From contig OX597834.1 of NCBI GenBank assembly GCA_951406725.2, forward strand, positions 21,762,001 to 21,826,000: DNA of 64,000 nucleotides, read 5' to 3'. Below, piece by piece: positions 52,203 through 64,000 of this stretch. Each line of letters begins with the position of its first letter. The first letter of the stretch is position 1. A program made the position numbers and the translations under genes. A model generated the notes under the pieces. It saw only the letters and a program-made list of their open reading frames with translations, ran no database searches and was not told where the DNA came from. This DNA is from Octopus vulgaris (taxonomy: Eukaryota).

Positions 52203-52711
52203 TGCCGGTGGCACATAAGAAAACCATCCGAACATGGCCGTAGCCAGTACCGCATCGACTGGCCTCCGTGCTGTGGGCACGTAACAAACACCATCCGATC
52301 GTGGCCGTTCGCCAGCCTTGTCTGGCACCTGTGTCAGTGGCACATAAAAAATACCATCCGAGCGTGGCCGTCTGCCAGCCTCATCTGGCACCTGTGTCGG
52401 TGGCACATAAAAACACCATCCGAGCGTGGCCGTCCGCCAGCCTCGTCTGGCACCTGTGTCGGTGGCACATAAAAAACACCATCCGAGCGTGGCCGTTCGC
52501 CAGCCTCGTCTGGCACCTGTGTCGGTGGCACATAAAATCACCCACTACACTCTCGGAGTGGTTGGCGTTAGGAAGGGCATCCAGCTGTAGAAACACTGCC
52601 AGATCTGACTGGCCTGGTGCAGCCTTCGGGCTCCCCAGACCCCAGTTGAACCGTCCAACCCATGCTAGCATGGAAAGTGGACGTTAAACGATGATGATGA
52701 TGATGATGATG
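52203..52711 (+). mobile_element. RTE 3'UTR-family element with 4-5 internal ~62-bp tandem repeats and a (GAT)n tail
   Basis: Unit tggcacataaaaacaccatccgagcgtggccgttcgccagcctcgtctggcacctgtgtcgg, then gtggttggcgttaggaagggcatccagctgtagaaac...catggaaagtggacgttaaacgatgatgat. Confidence 0.88.
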
Positions 52712-53157
52712 AAGATATTTGAGTATGCATATGTGTGTGTGTGTGTGTGTCTGTATTTAACTCTCCTCCCCCTCCATTCTCAATTACTATTAGTCTTATC
52801 TTTATTCTTATCTTCATCTTTATTTTTATATTTATTTTTATCTTTAACTTTATTTCATTTACTTATTTTTCCCCTTCTTCTTCTTCTTTTTCTTCTACTT
52901 CTTCTTCTTCTTCTTCTGCACACATGCTTTTGTATTTTTTTATAAATATATTTTTTGCTGTTTAAGCAACCAGTAAAACATAGGTTTTTCAGTTTGAAAG
53001 TGGCTATTCAAAGATTGAAACTCATACCAGAGTCACTCACTGTGAACATCATTATTAAAATAAAAAATTATCCCCCCCAACCAAAAGCCATCTCTACTCA
53101 TTTTTTCAAATATATAATACTTTACTAAGAAATTTTTTATTATTATTCTACTATGCA

Positions 53158-53213
<56 letters not shown>

Positions 53214-53290
53214 GATATAGATAGATAGTTAGATAGATAGATAGATAAATATGTGTGTGTATGTGTTAAAGTTAGATAAGGCCAGTTCAT

Positions 53291-53350
53291 AGAATTACCT
53301 TAGGTTTCATGTCGATAAAGGGATTAGCTTTATGGCATGTCATCAGTTCC
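53291..53350 (-). ncRNA. Type I hammerhead-ribozyme-like motif with canonical core
   Basis: Minus strand: ggaa-CTGATGA (53346-53340)-c-atgccataaag-ctaatcc-ctttatcgacat-GAAA-cc-taa-gg-TA-a-ttct. Stem III ACC/GGU, GUA triplet, stem I ggaa/ttct with one extra A. Confidence 0.65.
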
Positions 53351-53493
53351 CAAAACCTGTTGGCTAAAGGCCTCTCTTTAACTTTGAGTGTGCTTCTTTT
53401 TTGAATTTATGCTTACAGACGATATATATATATACACATATTCATACTTATGTAATATATATATATATATACACACATATTTATGTTTATGTA

Positions 53494-53526
<33 letters not shown>

Positions 53527-53887
53527 GACACAATGTCTATATATATCCATAGAATTGCAAACTAGCTACTAAACAGTTGTTCACAAAAACCTCATGACAA
53601 ACAGACTGAAATGTCAAGAAGTGAATGTCAAAGGTCAAACAGGGTAGTTGGGGGTGGGGGTCCAGGGGTGTGGGGTGGTGTTAAGTTTTGTGAGGTGATG
53701 GGGGTTATTATGATCTGTTTGCTTTATCCAATGTCAATGTAGCAGGAGTAGCAGCAGCAAGAGGGTAGCGGGTGGAGCTGGGAGGAGCAGGGGTCCAGTG
53801 GTTTGGTTCTTTGCAGTGTCATCACCAGTTCAAGACACAAACCTACACATTGACACAAAGCATTTTGTTGTGTACTTTATGTACATG

Positions 53888-53941
<54 letters not shown>

Positions 53942-53955
53942 TTTGTACATGTATG

Positions 53956-53993
<38 letters not shown>

Positions 53994-54070
53994 GGTATAC
54001 ATATACACATGATACCCATGGATATGTATATATATATATAGATATACCAATATATGAACAAATGTACGTA

Positions 54071-54116
<46 letters not shown>

Positions 54117-54138
54117 GATATACCAATATATGAACAAA

Positions 54139-54180
<42 letters not shown>

Positions 54181-54571
54181 TATATTGTTCGGTTGATTTT
54201 GTCGTGGGTGCTGTTGTTCTTGCTTTCATTCTTTCATTTGTTTATTTATTTATCATTTAATTATTTAATTGATTGATTGGGTGATTGATCTTTATATCTA
54301 ATGCCAACTTTCCCCTTCTCGTTGTCATTGTGATCGTCGTCGTCATCATCATCATTGTCATCATCGTCGTCATCAGCTGCAGTGCCAGCAACAATTGTCA
54401 TCAATCAAATACCATCACCATCATCACCATCATCATCATCATCATCATCAAACATCACCAACAATGTTATTGTTTTAAATGAGAAAAGTTCATAAGTTTC
54501 ACAAAGCTGTAAAGAAACATGCCACTCCAGCCCCATGCCACCCCAGTCCTATTGCTCCCTAAACCCATATT

Positions 54572-54607
<36 letters not shown>

Positions 54608-55687
54608 TTAATACGCACACACACACATGAAGCATAACATACAGCACCAAAACACACAAATACGCATATGCAAACATACAAACCGAAACAAAGAAAGGTC
54701 AGAAAAATTAAGAGAAAAACAGACAGACAGACAGAGAAAGAAAGAAAGAAAGAAAGAAAAAAGCAGTCATAGCTACTTGGGTGTGTATGTATATGTATTT
54801 ATATACATTGATGTGTATATATATGTATCTCTGTGTGTGGGCATGTATATGCATTTGTGTGTGTGTGTGTTTCTCTATATGTATATGGGTTTGGGTGTAT
54901 GTACATATATTTATACATATGTATATGTGTGTATACATGAGTGTATACATGAGTGTGTGTATATATATATATATATATAAATATATATGTATGTATGTAT
55001 GTATGTGCACACGTATACGTACATTCATATACACACACATATAATATTGATGCCGAAGAGCAGTTCTTAGATGTGGCGCCAAAATTGTGTTGACCATCTT
55101 CATTTGGCAATGTCATAAACACTTCCAGAATAAATATTTATGGAGCAAAAATCACATCAGCTGCACCCCACCCCACCCTCCTTTCAACTTCTTTCATCAC
55201 AACACACACACACACACACACACACACAAAGAGATCAAATGTATTTCAAGAACTAGGAGGGATTTTTGGCTGAGCATTTCTTCTCCTATGTGATGTCCTG
55301 GTCATCATCAACAACAACAGACAAATTAATAATAATGATTATTATTATTATTATTATTATTTTAAATTTTTGTCACAAGGGCAGCTTGGGGGAGGTGGGG
55401 AGGAGTTGATTACATCGATCCCTAGTGTACAACTGGTATTTATTTTATCGAAAAAGATGTAAAGCAAAGCCGACCTCAGTGGAATTTGAACTCAGAACAC
55501 AGCAACTGGCGAAATACCGCAAAGCATTTTGTCCAGCACGCTAACGATTCTGCCACCTCACTGCCTTAATAATAAATGATAATAATAATCTTTTCTGCTA
55601 TAGTCACAAGGCCTGAAATTTGGAGGTAGGGTCTAGTTGATTATACTGACCCCAATGCATAACTGGTACTTATTTTATTGATGCATT

Positions 55688-55844
55688 CTCACCTGGAATC
55701 GATTTTTGTAATTTTTTCAAGACTTATGCATGCCCTGATACCGTCAGTATCTACATATCAAATTTGAGCACAATCGGATAGAGGATGCCCAAGATCCTAG
55801 AAGACACACAGACAGACGGACAGAATGGATTTTATATAATAGAT
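55688..55844 (+). mobile_element. Possible Helentron/DINE-like non-autonomous element end
   Basis: caaatttgagcacaatcgg...acagacagacggacaga...ttttatataatagat terminal pattern; it interrupts a SINE B copy. The family assignment is from recall. Confidence 0.4.
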
Positions 55845-55894
55845 GTGTGTGTTGACTGAGTATGTATGTGCATAAATATAATGTATGTCTGTGA

Positions 55895-56312
55895 CTTTCT
55901 TTTCTTTGTCTCAGTCAGTTGACTGTGGCCATGCTGGAGCACCGCCTTTAGTTGAGCAAATCAACTCCCCAGGAATTTTTCTTTGTAAGCCTAGTGCTTA
56001 TTCTATTGGCCTCTTTTGCCGAACCGCTAAGTTACGGGGACATAAACACACCAGCATCGGTTGTCAAGTGATGTTGGGGGGACAAACACAGACACACAAA
56101 CACACACACACATACCTGCACATATATATATATATATATATGTATATATGACAGGCTTCTTTCAGTTTCCATCTACCAAATCCACTCACAAGGGTTTAGT
56201 CGGCCCGAGGCTATAGTAGAAGACACTTGTCCAAGAAGCCACACAGTGGGACTGAATCTGGAACCATGTGGTTGGTAAGCAAGATACTTAACACACGGCC
56301 ACTCATGCCTGT
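55895..56312 (-). mobile_element. SINE family A, full length
   Basis: Reverse colinear with 25990-26400. Another copy lies at 57325-57705 (+). Confidence 0.88.
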
Positions 56313-56339
56313 GTATCTATTTATATTTAGTCGAGGCAA

Positions 56340-56698
56340 AGTGGCTTAGGCCTCACGGAGGCAATGACCAAGACCTTTGGCATTATGTCGTGCTTGAGAA
56401 GCAGATCCATAAAGCTGAGCAAAATCATAGCCATGGCAGATACCAGTGTTACATAAATTGGCACGTAAACACACCCTGGTGTCATGCAAATGGCACCTGT
56501 GTCAGTGACATGTAAAAGTACCCATTACACTCTCAGAGTGGTTGTCATTAGGAAGGGCATCCAGCTATTAAAAATACCATGCCAAATCAGACTGAAGGCT
56601 GGTGCAGCCTTCCAATGTGCCGACCTAGTCAAACCGTCCAACCCATGCCAGCATAGACAACGGGTAGTTAAATGATGATGATGATGATGATGATGATG
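56340..56698 (+). mobile_element. RTE LINE 3' end (last codons, 3'UTR and (GAT)n tail)
   Basis: ttaggcctcacggaggcaatgacc = LGLTEAMT, then DLWHYVVLEK, homologous to the 59500-59600 minus-strand peptide; 3'UTR contains aggaagggcatccagct. Confidence 0.75.
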
Positions 56699-57831
56699 TA
56701 GAATCAGTTTTGTGCCAATAACTGTAACTTAACCATTCCACAAATACCATAATTAGCAGACAGGAATAAATAACAGGGTTCAGTTTGATCACCTAAATTT
56801 CTTCGAAATGCAGTGCTCAAGTATGGCCACAGTCCAATGGTTGTGACCCATAATAGAGAATGCATGAACCGTTTTGGCATTGGCAAGTATACTTTATTGA
56901 GTAAGAAATCTTGTCGAATTTCTGCAGTGGACAGGAAACAACGGAAGAGAATTTTTAGAAAGTCTTTGGAGTTTGTGTTCTGATCCAAAAGTAGAATTTC
57001 CTCCCAAATTTACTTTACCATAACAAGTTTGATCTTTTCTCATTTTTCAATCTAAATTGCAGATGAAAAACATCGAAGATATGACTTGATTTTTCACGTG
57101 CTCTGTACAATTAGATCTTTTCTTTTTTTTATTTTGGAGTTCTTTTTTGTTGCTTTTTCTTTTTTGTTTTTGCCTTTTTGTGTAAACAGATATGAAATAA
57201 TACATTCTGGTATTTAATTTCTTTAAGAAGCTTTTGTGCCAAGGAACATTCACAGAAAAAAGGAAAAAAAAAAAAAAAAAAAAGCAAAAGAAACTGTTAA
57301 GAATATCTTTTGAACTCTATGATAAAGAGTTTGCTTCTCAACCACATGGTTCCAGGTTCAGTCCCACTGTGTGGTACTTTGGGCAAGTGCCTTCTACCTA
57401 GCCTTAGGCTGACAAAATCCTGTGAGTGGATTTGATAGGCAGAAACTGAAAGAAACCTGTTATAATATATACACAGGGGGGTGAGGTCTTTGTGTCTGTG
57501 TTTGTCCCCACCACTGCTTGACAACTGGTGTTGGTTAGCTTACATCCCTGTGACTTAGTGGTTCAGCAAAAGAGACCGATAAAATAAGTACCAGGCTTTA
57601 TGTCAAAAAATACTGGGGTCGATTCATTCAGCTAAAATTTCTTCAAGGCAATGCTCCAGCATGGCCACAGTCTAATCACTGAAACAAAGAAAAGATAAAA
57701 ACTAAAAGATTAACCTTCCCAATGCTAAACCCACCGGTGCCATTTTGTTATTAAATTTTGGCATTTAAATGAAATTCTCCATCAGAATCTCATTTAAAAT
57801 ATAATTGTTAATACAAAAGTAATTTTCCAAA

Positions 57832-57897
57832 TGGCATAGTGGTTAAGAGCGCAGGCTACTAACCCCAAGATTCCGAATTAAATTCCAGGCAGTGACC

Positions 57898-57948
<51 letters not shown>

Positions 57949-58066
57949 GCATCAAAAAATACCTTAGGAATGAGAACCCAGGTTCGAAATTTCCCCGAGA
58001 CACCTGATGATGGCTGGAGGGTATATCTGCTGAAACACTGTACTAACAACAAACAAGATGAGGACA
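57832..58066 (+). mobile_element. tRNA-headed SINE-like element with a 3' hammerhead-like motif
   Basis: A-box TGGCATAGTGG at 57832-57842; decayed B-box gaattaaattcc; (AAT)n; then gacac-CTGATGA (58004-58010)-t-ggctg..ctgct-GAAAC; tail aacaacaaacaagatgaggac. Confidence 0.7.
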
Positions 58067-58453
58067 TAGGGTGTATGTACCCGCAATTTGTCATACGGGT
58101 ACCCACAAAACTGCCTGATATGATGAAGGGGTACACCAGCACAGCTGTACATGTCAAAATGTACACCTAAATGAAGATAAATGTCTGTGACCTCCTGACC
58201 TTGCAGAAGGTGAAATTCTCTCTGTACAACAATGAATATTAGGATTTTTTTCTTTTTCTTTCAAAGTATTCTTCAACAAAGTTTATAAAAATATTTGTGA
58301 AGAATGCATTAAGATCTGCTTTTACTGGCAGCAACTTTGATTGGCATATGACTTGGGTTTTCTGCCTGTCAGTACCAGTTCCATCTTTGTCAGACTTTGA
58401 CAACGCTACATGTATGTCAATGATAATATATTAGAAGTGTCTGAAAAGTTTGA

Positions 58454-58496
<43 letters not shown>

Positions 58497-58503
58497 GTAT
58501 GTC

Positions 58504-58540
<37 letters not shown>

Positions 58541-59170
58541 GTATATGTATATGTATGTATGTATATATATATATATATATATATGTATATGTGTGTATAT
58601 ATGAATGTACATATATATATATATATATATATATACACAAACATATATATATCTACGCATAGATATACATATATATGCATATGTGTGTATATATATATAT
58701 ACACACACACACACACATATACATATTTATCTACACATATAGATATACATATACATACATATATGTGTATATATATAAATATATATATATAGATATATAT
58801 ATATATATAGTTAGATTTACACACATATACATAGAGAGAGAGAGAGAGAGAGAGAGAGACAAACATACACATGTATTTGACTCAAGGAGGGAAAAATAAA
58901 TCAATAAAGGCAAAAAAAAAATTACTGTTTTAAGGAAAGTAACCAAAGAGAAAAGTGGAAAGAAATTCCTCATGTTGGAGACATAAATATTAATGGTTCG
59001 ATAAATATGATTAACCAGTATTTTTTTCTTTTACTCTGTGTGAGTGTGTGTGTGTGTGTGTGTATGTTTTGCAATTTCTTTCATTTTCTTCTTCATTTTC
59101 CATTTTGACTCAAAGTGACGGTGGAGTCAAATGGGTCAGCTTTTGCATTTTATTTGATTTTAATATTTTC

Positions 59171-59703
59171 ATCATCATCATCATCAGCATCATCATCATC
59201 AGCATCATCATCATCATCATCATTCAACATCTGCTTTCCATGCTGGCTTGGGCTGGACGGTTTGACGGGAGCTGACCAGCTGAAGGGCTGTTCAGGCTCC
59301 ATGTCTGTTTCGGCATGGTTCCTATGGTTGGCCACCCTTCCTAATAATGCCAACCACTTTACAGAGTATACTGGGTGCCTTTATGCAGCACTGGCACAGG
59401 TGCTCTTTACGTGGCACCAGCAACCTACAAGGTCACAAGATTAGGGATGCTCAGCTGGAGAGGGTTGCAGGGGACATGCCCATATACAAGGGCAGCCATG
59501 CTTCTACTTAGCTTCATGCATCTTTTCAAGCACAGCAAACCACCAGGACCCTCGATCCCCTGCTGCCCCTTCTGTGAGTCCCAATGTCTGTAGATCCTTT
59601 CTCACCACTTCGTCCCACATCTTCCTGGATCGACCCCTTCCACATGTTCCCTCTATAATTAGAGATGGCACCTCTTGATGCAACTGTCTTCGTTCATATC
59701 CAT
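59171..59703 (-). mobile_element. 5'-truncated RTE LINE with ORF C-terminus and (GAT)n-tailed 3'UTR
   Basis: Manual translation gives LIIEGTCGRGRSRKMWDEVVRKDLQTLGLTEGAAGDRGSWWFAVLEKMHEAK*, an RTE GRGRPRKTW-type motif; the 3'UTR is homologous to 52545-52711. Confidence 0.85.
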
Positions 59704-59734
59704 TTTTTCATAATATAAATACTATTTATATTAG

Positions 59735-60040
59735 CCAGCCTCATCTTGATTGTTGCTTTCACTATGTTTTGGCTGTTCTATACTCCAGCTGTCTTCAGGT
59801 GTTTTATGTTGAACTCAGATGCTGCATCAGAATTTCACCCCTAACCCATTATTAGATCCACAGGGGCAGAATGACAGGGGTGGGGGCAGTGTTCTCATTC
59901 AGCTCATGGCATTTCCTGACACTTTTTTTTTTTTTTTGCTACAGTTGAAATATGTGAATAAATAATTGTTAATTACCTTAGTGCTTTGCCTGGGAATGAA
60001 CTCAGAACCTTTAGGTGACTGCACTGCATTAACCAAAGTC
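59735..60040 (-). mobile_element. Older relative of the tRNA-head plus hammerhead element
   Basis: Minus strand: tggttaatgca...gagttcattcccaggca head; aacac-CTGAAGA (59798-59792)-c-agctg-gagtatagaa-cagcc-AAAAC...caacaatcaagatgaggc tail. Confidence 0.6.
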
Positions 60041-60127
60041 TTTGTCATGGAAAATGGACATCAAATGATGACGATGATGACGATGGCCATAGCTTATGCT
60101 TTTCTAATATTTATATTCATTTCATTA

Positions 60128-60895
60128 CCATTCATCCTTTAACGTCTGTTTTCCATGCTGGCATGGGTCAGATGCTTTGACAGGAGTTGGCAAGGCCAGG
60201 AGCCCCCCCCCCCAGGTTTCTACAGTCTCTTTTGGTAATGTTTTCTACAGCTGGATGCCCTTCCTAATGCCAACCATTTTACAGAGTGTACTGGGTGTTT
60301 TTTTTTATGTGGTACCAGTGAATATAATATAGGTTGTTTTGCTTGACAACCACATGGGTTCGGGGTTCAGCCCTACTAATGTGGTACCTTGGGCAAGTAT
60401 CTTCTTCCAAAGCTCCAGGATCACCAAAGGCTTGTGGAGTGGATTTGAAAGAAGCACATTGTATATACACATCGTAAAATGCACCATCTGAATGTGGTTG
60501 ATGCTAGTGCCCCCTGACTGGCTCCCATGCTGGTGGCACATGATAAAAGCACTATCCGAATGTGATCGATGCCAGGGACACGTGACTGGCTACTGTGCAA
60601 GTGGCATGTAAAACGACCGGCCTCGTGCCAGTGGCACGTAAAAAGTACCATCCGATTGTGGCTGTTGCCAGCCTCGCCTGGCCCCCGTGCTGGTGGCACG
60701 TAAAGAGCACCATCTGATCGTGACCGTTTGCCAGCCTCGCCTGGCTCCTGTGCCGGTGGCACGTAAAATGCACGCACTACACTCTCGGAGTGGTTGGCAT
60801 TAGGAAGGGCATCCAGCTGTAGAAGTATTGCCAGATCAAACCGTCCAACCCATGCCAGCATGGAAAACAGACGTTAAACGATGATAATGATGATT
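60128..60895. mobile_element. RTE tail (-, 60128-60315), SINE A head (+, 60340-60455) and RTE tail with tandem units (+, 60470-60895)
   Basis: Matches to the families above; the two RTE tails are in opposite orientation. Confidence 0.8.
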
Positions 60896-62049
60896 TTGCT
60901 TAGGTAATAGTGATACTAATAACTTATAACTGGTTGCTAGAACTCAATATAGCCGCGCTTTAGAGTTAAAGCCTCTTTCTTTAGTCTCTTTGTTCTGTGC
61001 ATGGCCACCTATGGGCTGGTGGTGGTGGTGGTGGAGATTGTATTTGTGGTGGCACTGGTGATGGTCACGTTAATGATGAAGGTGGTGGTGGCGGTGGTGG
61101 TGGTGGATACTGATGGTGATGGTGATGATAACATTTTAAGTATTGAAGTAAAATGCAATTTACGTAAGAGCTGCAATAAATTCTTACGGAAATTGGAGGA
61201 GAAAGAAAAAAAGAAAGAAAGAAAGAGAGAGAGAGAGAAAGAAAGAGAGAGCAAGAGAGAAAGAAAGAGAGAGCGAGAGAGAAAGAAAGAAAGAAAGAGA
61301 GTGAGTGAGAGAAAGAAAGAGAGAGAGAGAGAGAAAGAAAGAAAGAAAGAAAGAAAGGGAGGGAGGGAGGGAGAGTTCAAATACAGGCTTCACCCATCAT
61401 CCCTTTCTTCTTACCAAAACTCAATAAACCACCGCCGCCACCACTATCGTGACTGCATCCACCCCAATAATAACCAGCCACCTGTAATGTTATGGAACGT
61501 AAGAGACCAGAGTCTGCTGTGTCTGTTTGAAGATGAGTTTAACAAATCAGGTGAAATTGGTGAGGAATTGAAAGAAGGAGCGGGGTTGGGGAAAGTGAGA
61601 GAGAAGGAGAGAGAGAGTGAGAGAGAGAGGAGGGGAGACAGACACACAAGGAGAGAAATAGAGAGATGGATGAAGAGAGACTTTGAAATAGGTAGATATA
61701 TGTAGAGAGAAAGGACTATGTATAAGAGAGAGAAAAAGTAGTTAGAGAGAGAGAGAGAGAAATACATTAATGGACAGGGCAGTGGATTGAGAGAGAGGGA
61801 GAGAGAGAGAGATTAGATAGAGGGAGGGAGAGAGAGATAAATAGAAGAAGTGAAAGAGAGAAATTTATATATAGACGGAGAGATAAATAGACTAATAGAT
61901 TGGGAGAGAGAGAAAGAGGGCAATAGATAGAGACAGAGAGAAACAGACCGACAGACAGACAGGTAGGTAGGTAAGTAGGTAGATAGATAAATAGATATAG
62001 GTAGGTAGGTAGATAGATAGGTAGGTAGGTAGGTAGGTAGGTAGATAGG

Positions 62050-62092
<43 letters not shown>

Positions 62093-62973
62093 GTAGGTAG
62101 GTATGTAGATAGGTAGACAGGTAGGTAGGTAGATAGATAGGTAGGTAGGTAGGTAGGTAGGTAGGTAGGTAGATAGATAGATAGATAGATAGGTAGGTAG
62201 GTAGGTAGGTAGATAGGTAGGTAGATAGGTTGGTAGGTAGGTAGGTAGGTAGGTAGATAGATAGGTATGTAGGTAGGTAGATAGATAGATAGATAGATAG
62301 ACAGGTAGACAGAGAGATTAGATAGAGAGGGGAATAGAGATAAATAGAGAGAATGACAACAACAGAAATTTATATACAGACATAGAGAAATAGAGAAAGG
62401 GAGAGAGAGAGAGAGAGACAAAGAAATACATAGAGAGAGAGGGAGAAAGACAAAGAGCGAGTGACATAGAACTCTCCAGACATACAGCTAAATATATCTG
62501 GTAGAGCTATACATTCTATACACCCACCAGTATTCTATATACATACGACGAAGTTCAATAAACACAAATAAGTAGATTATTTCCTGAGTGTATAAAAAAA
62601 AATTACTTTTTTTTTTCAACCATTGCTTTTTGAACAAGAGAGACAGACAGACAGACAGACAGAGAGCAAGACAAAGAGTGACAGAAAGAGGAAGAGGGGT
62701 GGTAGTGGTGGTGGTGAGGGTGATGGCGGTGAGTCTGTAAACTGAGGCATTAAGAAGAAAAAAAATCCAGACTCAAGAGAACGAGAAAAACTTTAACTTC
62801 GATATAAGTTTCTATATACAGGTATATATACAGGTATATATACATGTGTGTGTGTTATATATAGGTAAATATATTTTGTATAGATTTGTATGGTCTATGT
62901 ACCTATTTATCATATGTTATTGTATACAGCTTTGTATTTTATATACCTGTCTATATCGTATATGCATGCATCA

Positions 62974-63013
<40 letters not shown>

Positions 63014-63172
63014 AATGTTTGTATGTATGTATAGCACTTATACATACACATTCAGTATATACCTTTTTATTCATATGTGTATATTCACTTTATATATGTG
63101 TGTGTGTGCGGTATGTATGTATGTATAACACTTATACATAGACATTCACTATACCTTTTTATTCAAATGTGT

Positions 63173-63296
<124 letters not shown>

Positions 63297-64000
63297 TATG
63301 AATATATGTATATATATATATATATGAATATATATATGCACACACAGACTCACATTCTGTGCCTATATGTATGTATATCTCGACGGTGACAATAAACGGT
63401 AAACATTCCATCGATTAAAGAAGAAAAGCTGGAATATTAGTTGGAAACACGTGACTGAACAATTGATTCCAATCTTGTCAGGTCTTGTGGGGTTACCATT
63501 TCGTGGAGAAAATGGAAGAACTTCTGCTGAGCCAAAGTTTCAATAGCATCATCTAATAAGACACTGGTTCTTTGTTCCTTATAATTCTATTGAATTTCTG
63601 CTAAACAGTCCAGAAAACAGGATTGACCTCTCATCTGAAGATTCTTTCACTAACTTTGTCTACTGCTGCTGCTACTGCTACTACTACTACTACTACTTTT
63701 GTATATTGTGGAATCAAGTTTGAGGTTTCTTCTTTCGGAAACAATAACGATTTCAACAAAACAACAACAACAACAACACCAAAAAATAATACTAATAATG
63801 GTTTCAAATTTTTGGTACAAATGCAGCAATTTCAGGGGACAGAATAAGTTGATTACATTGACCCCGGAATTCAACTGGTACCCATTTCATTGACCCTGAA
63901 AGTGAAAGGGTGAGAAAGTAAGACAAATCTCAGCAGCATTTGAGCTCAGAGCATAAAGACAGATGAAATGCTGTTCCACTGTACCCTCATACACACGCAT

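Noticed and set aside
52268-52540. ~62-bp periodic repeats, superficially CRISPR-like
   Set aside because: Units are contiguous near-identical repeats with no unique spacers, sit inside a LINE 3'UTR in eukaryotic DNA, and have no cas genes nearby.

Overview
This is AT-rich, microsatellite-saturated eukaryotic DNA with no convincing host protein-coding gene; almost all ORF-track hits are translations of (AT)n, (CA)n, (CAT)n, (AAT)n or (GA)n tracts. The repeat repertoire resembles that of Octopus genomes (inference from recognised repeat families, not a database result): at least four tRNA-headed SINE families, 5'-truncated RTE-clade LINE tails and TTAA-flanked MITEs. It is most likely a large intron or gene desert. 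The main hidden signal is about 11 minimal type I hammerhead-ribozyme-like motifs of the Penelope-like-element (PLE) kind. They sit in short elements usually embedded in (AT)n tracts, and long fold-back inverted repeats occur in the same (AT)n context. Catalytic-core positions 3 and 8 covary across them (C3-G8, U3-A8, G3-C8), and two are carried by a tRNA-headed SINE-like element. Other candidates are a CpG-rich promoter-like island (CRE plus two ETS sites) with a minus-strand splice donor, and several unique islands that may be conserved noncoding elements or exons. All coordinates were counted by eye, so repeat boundaries are approximate.
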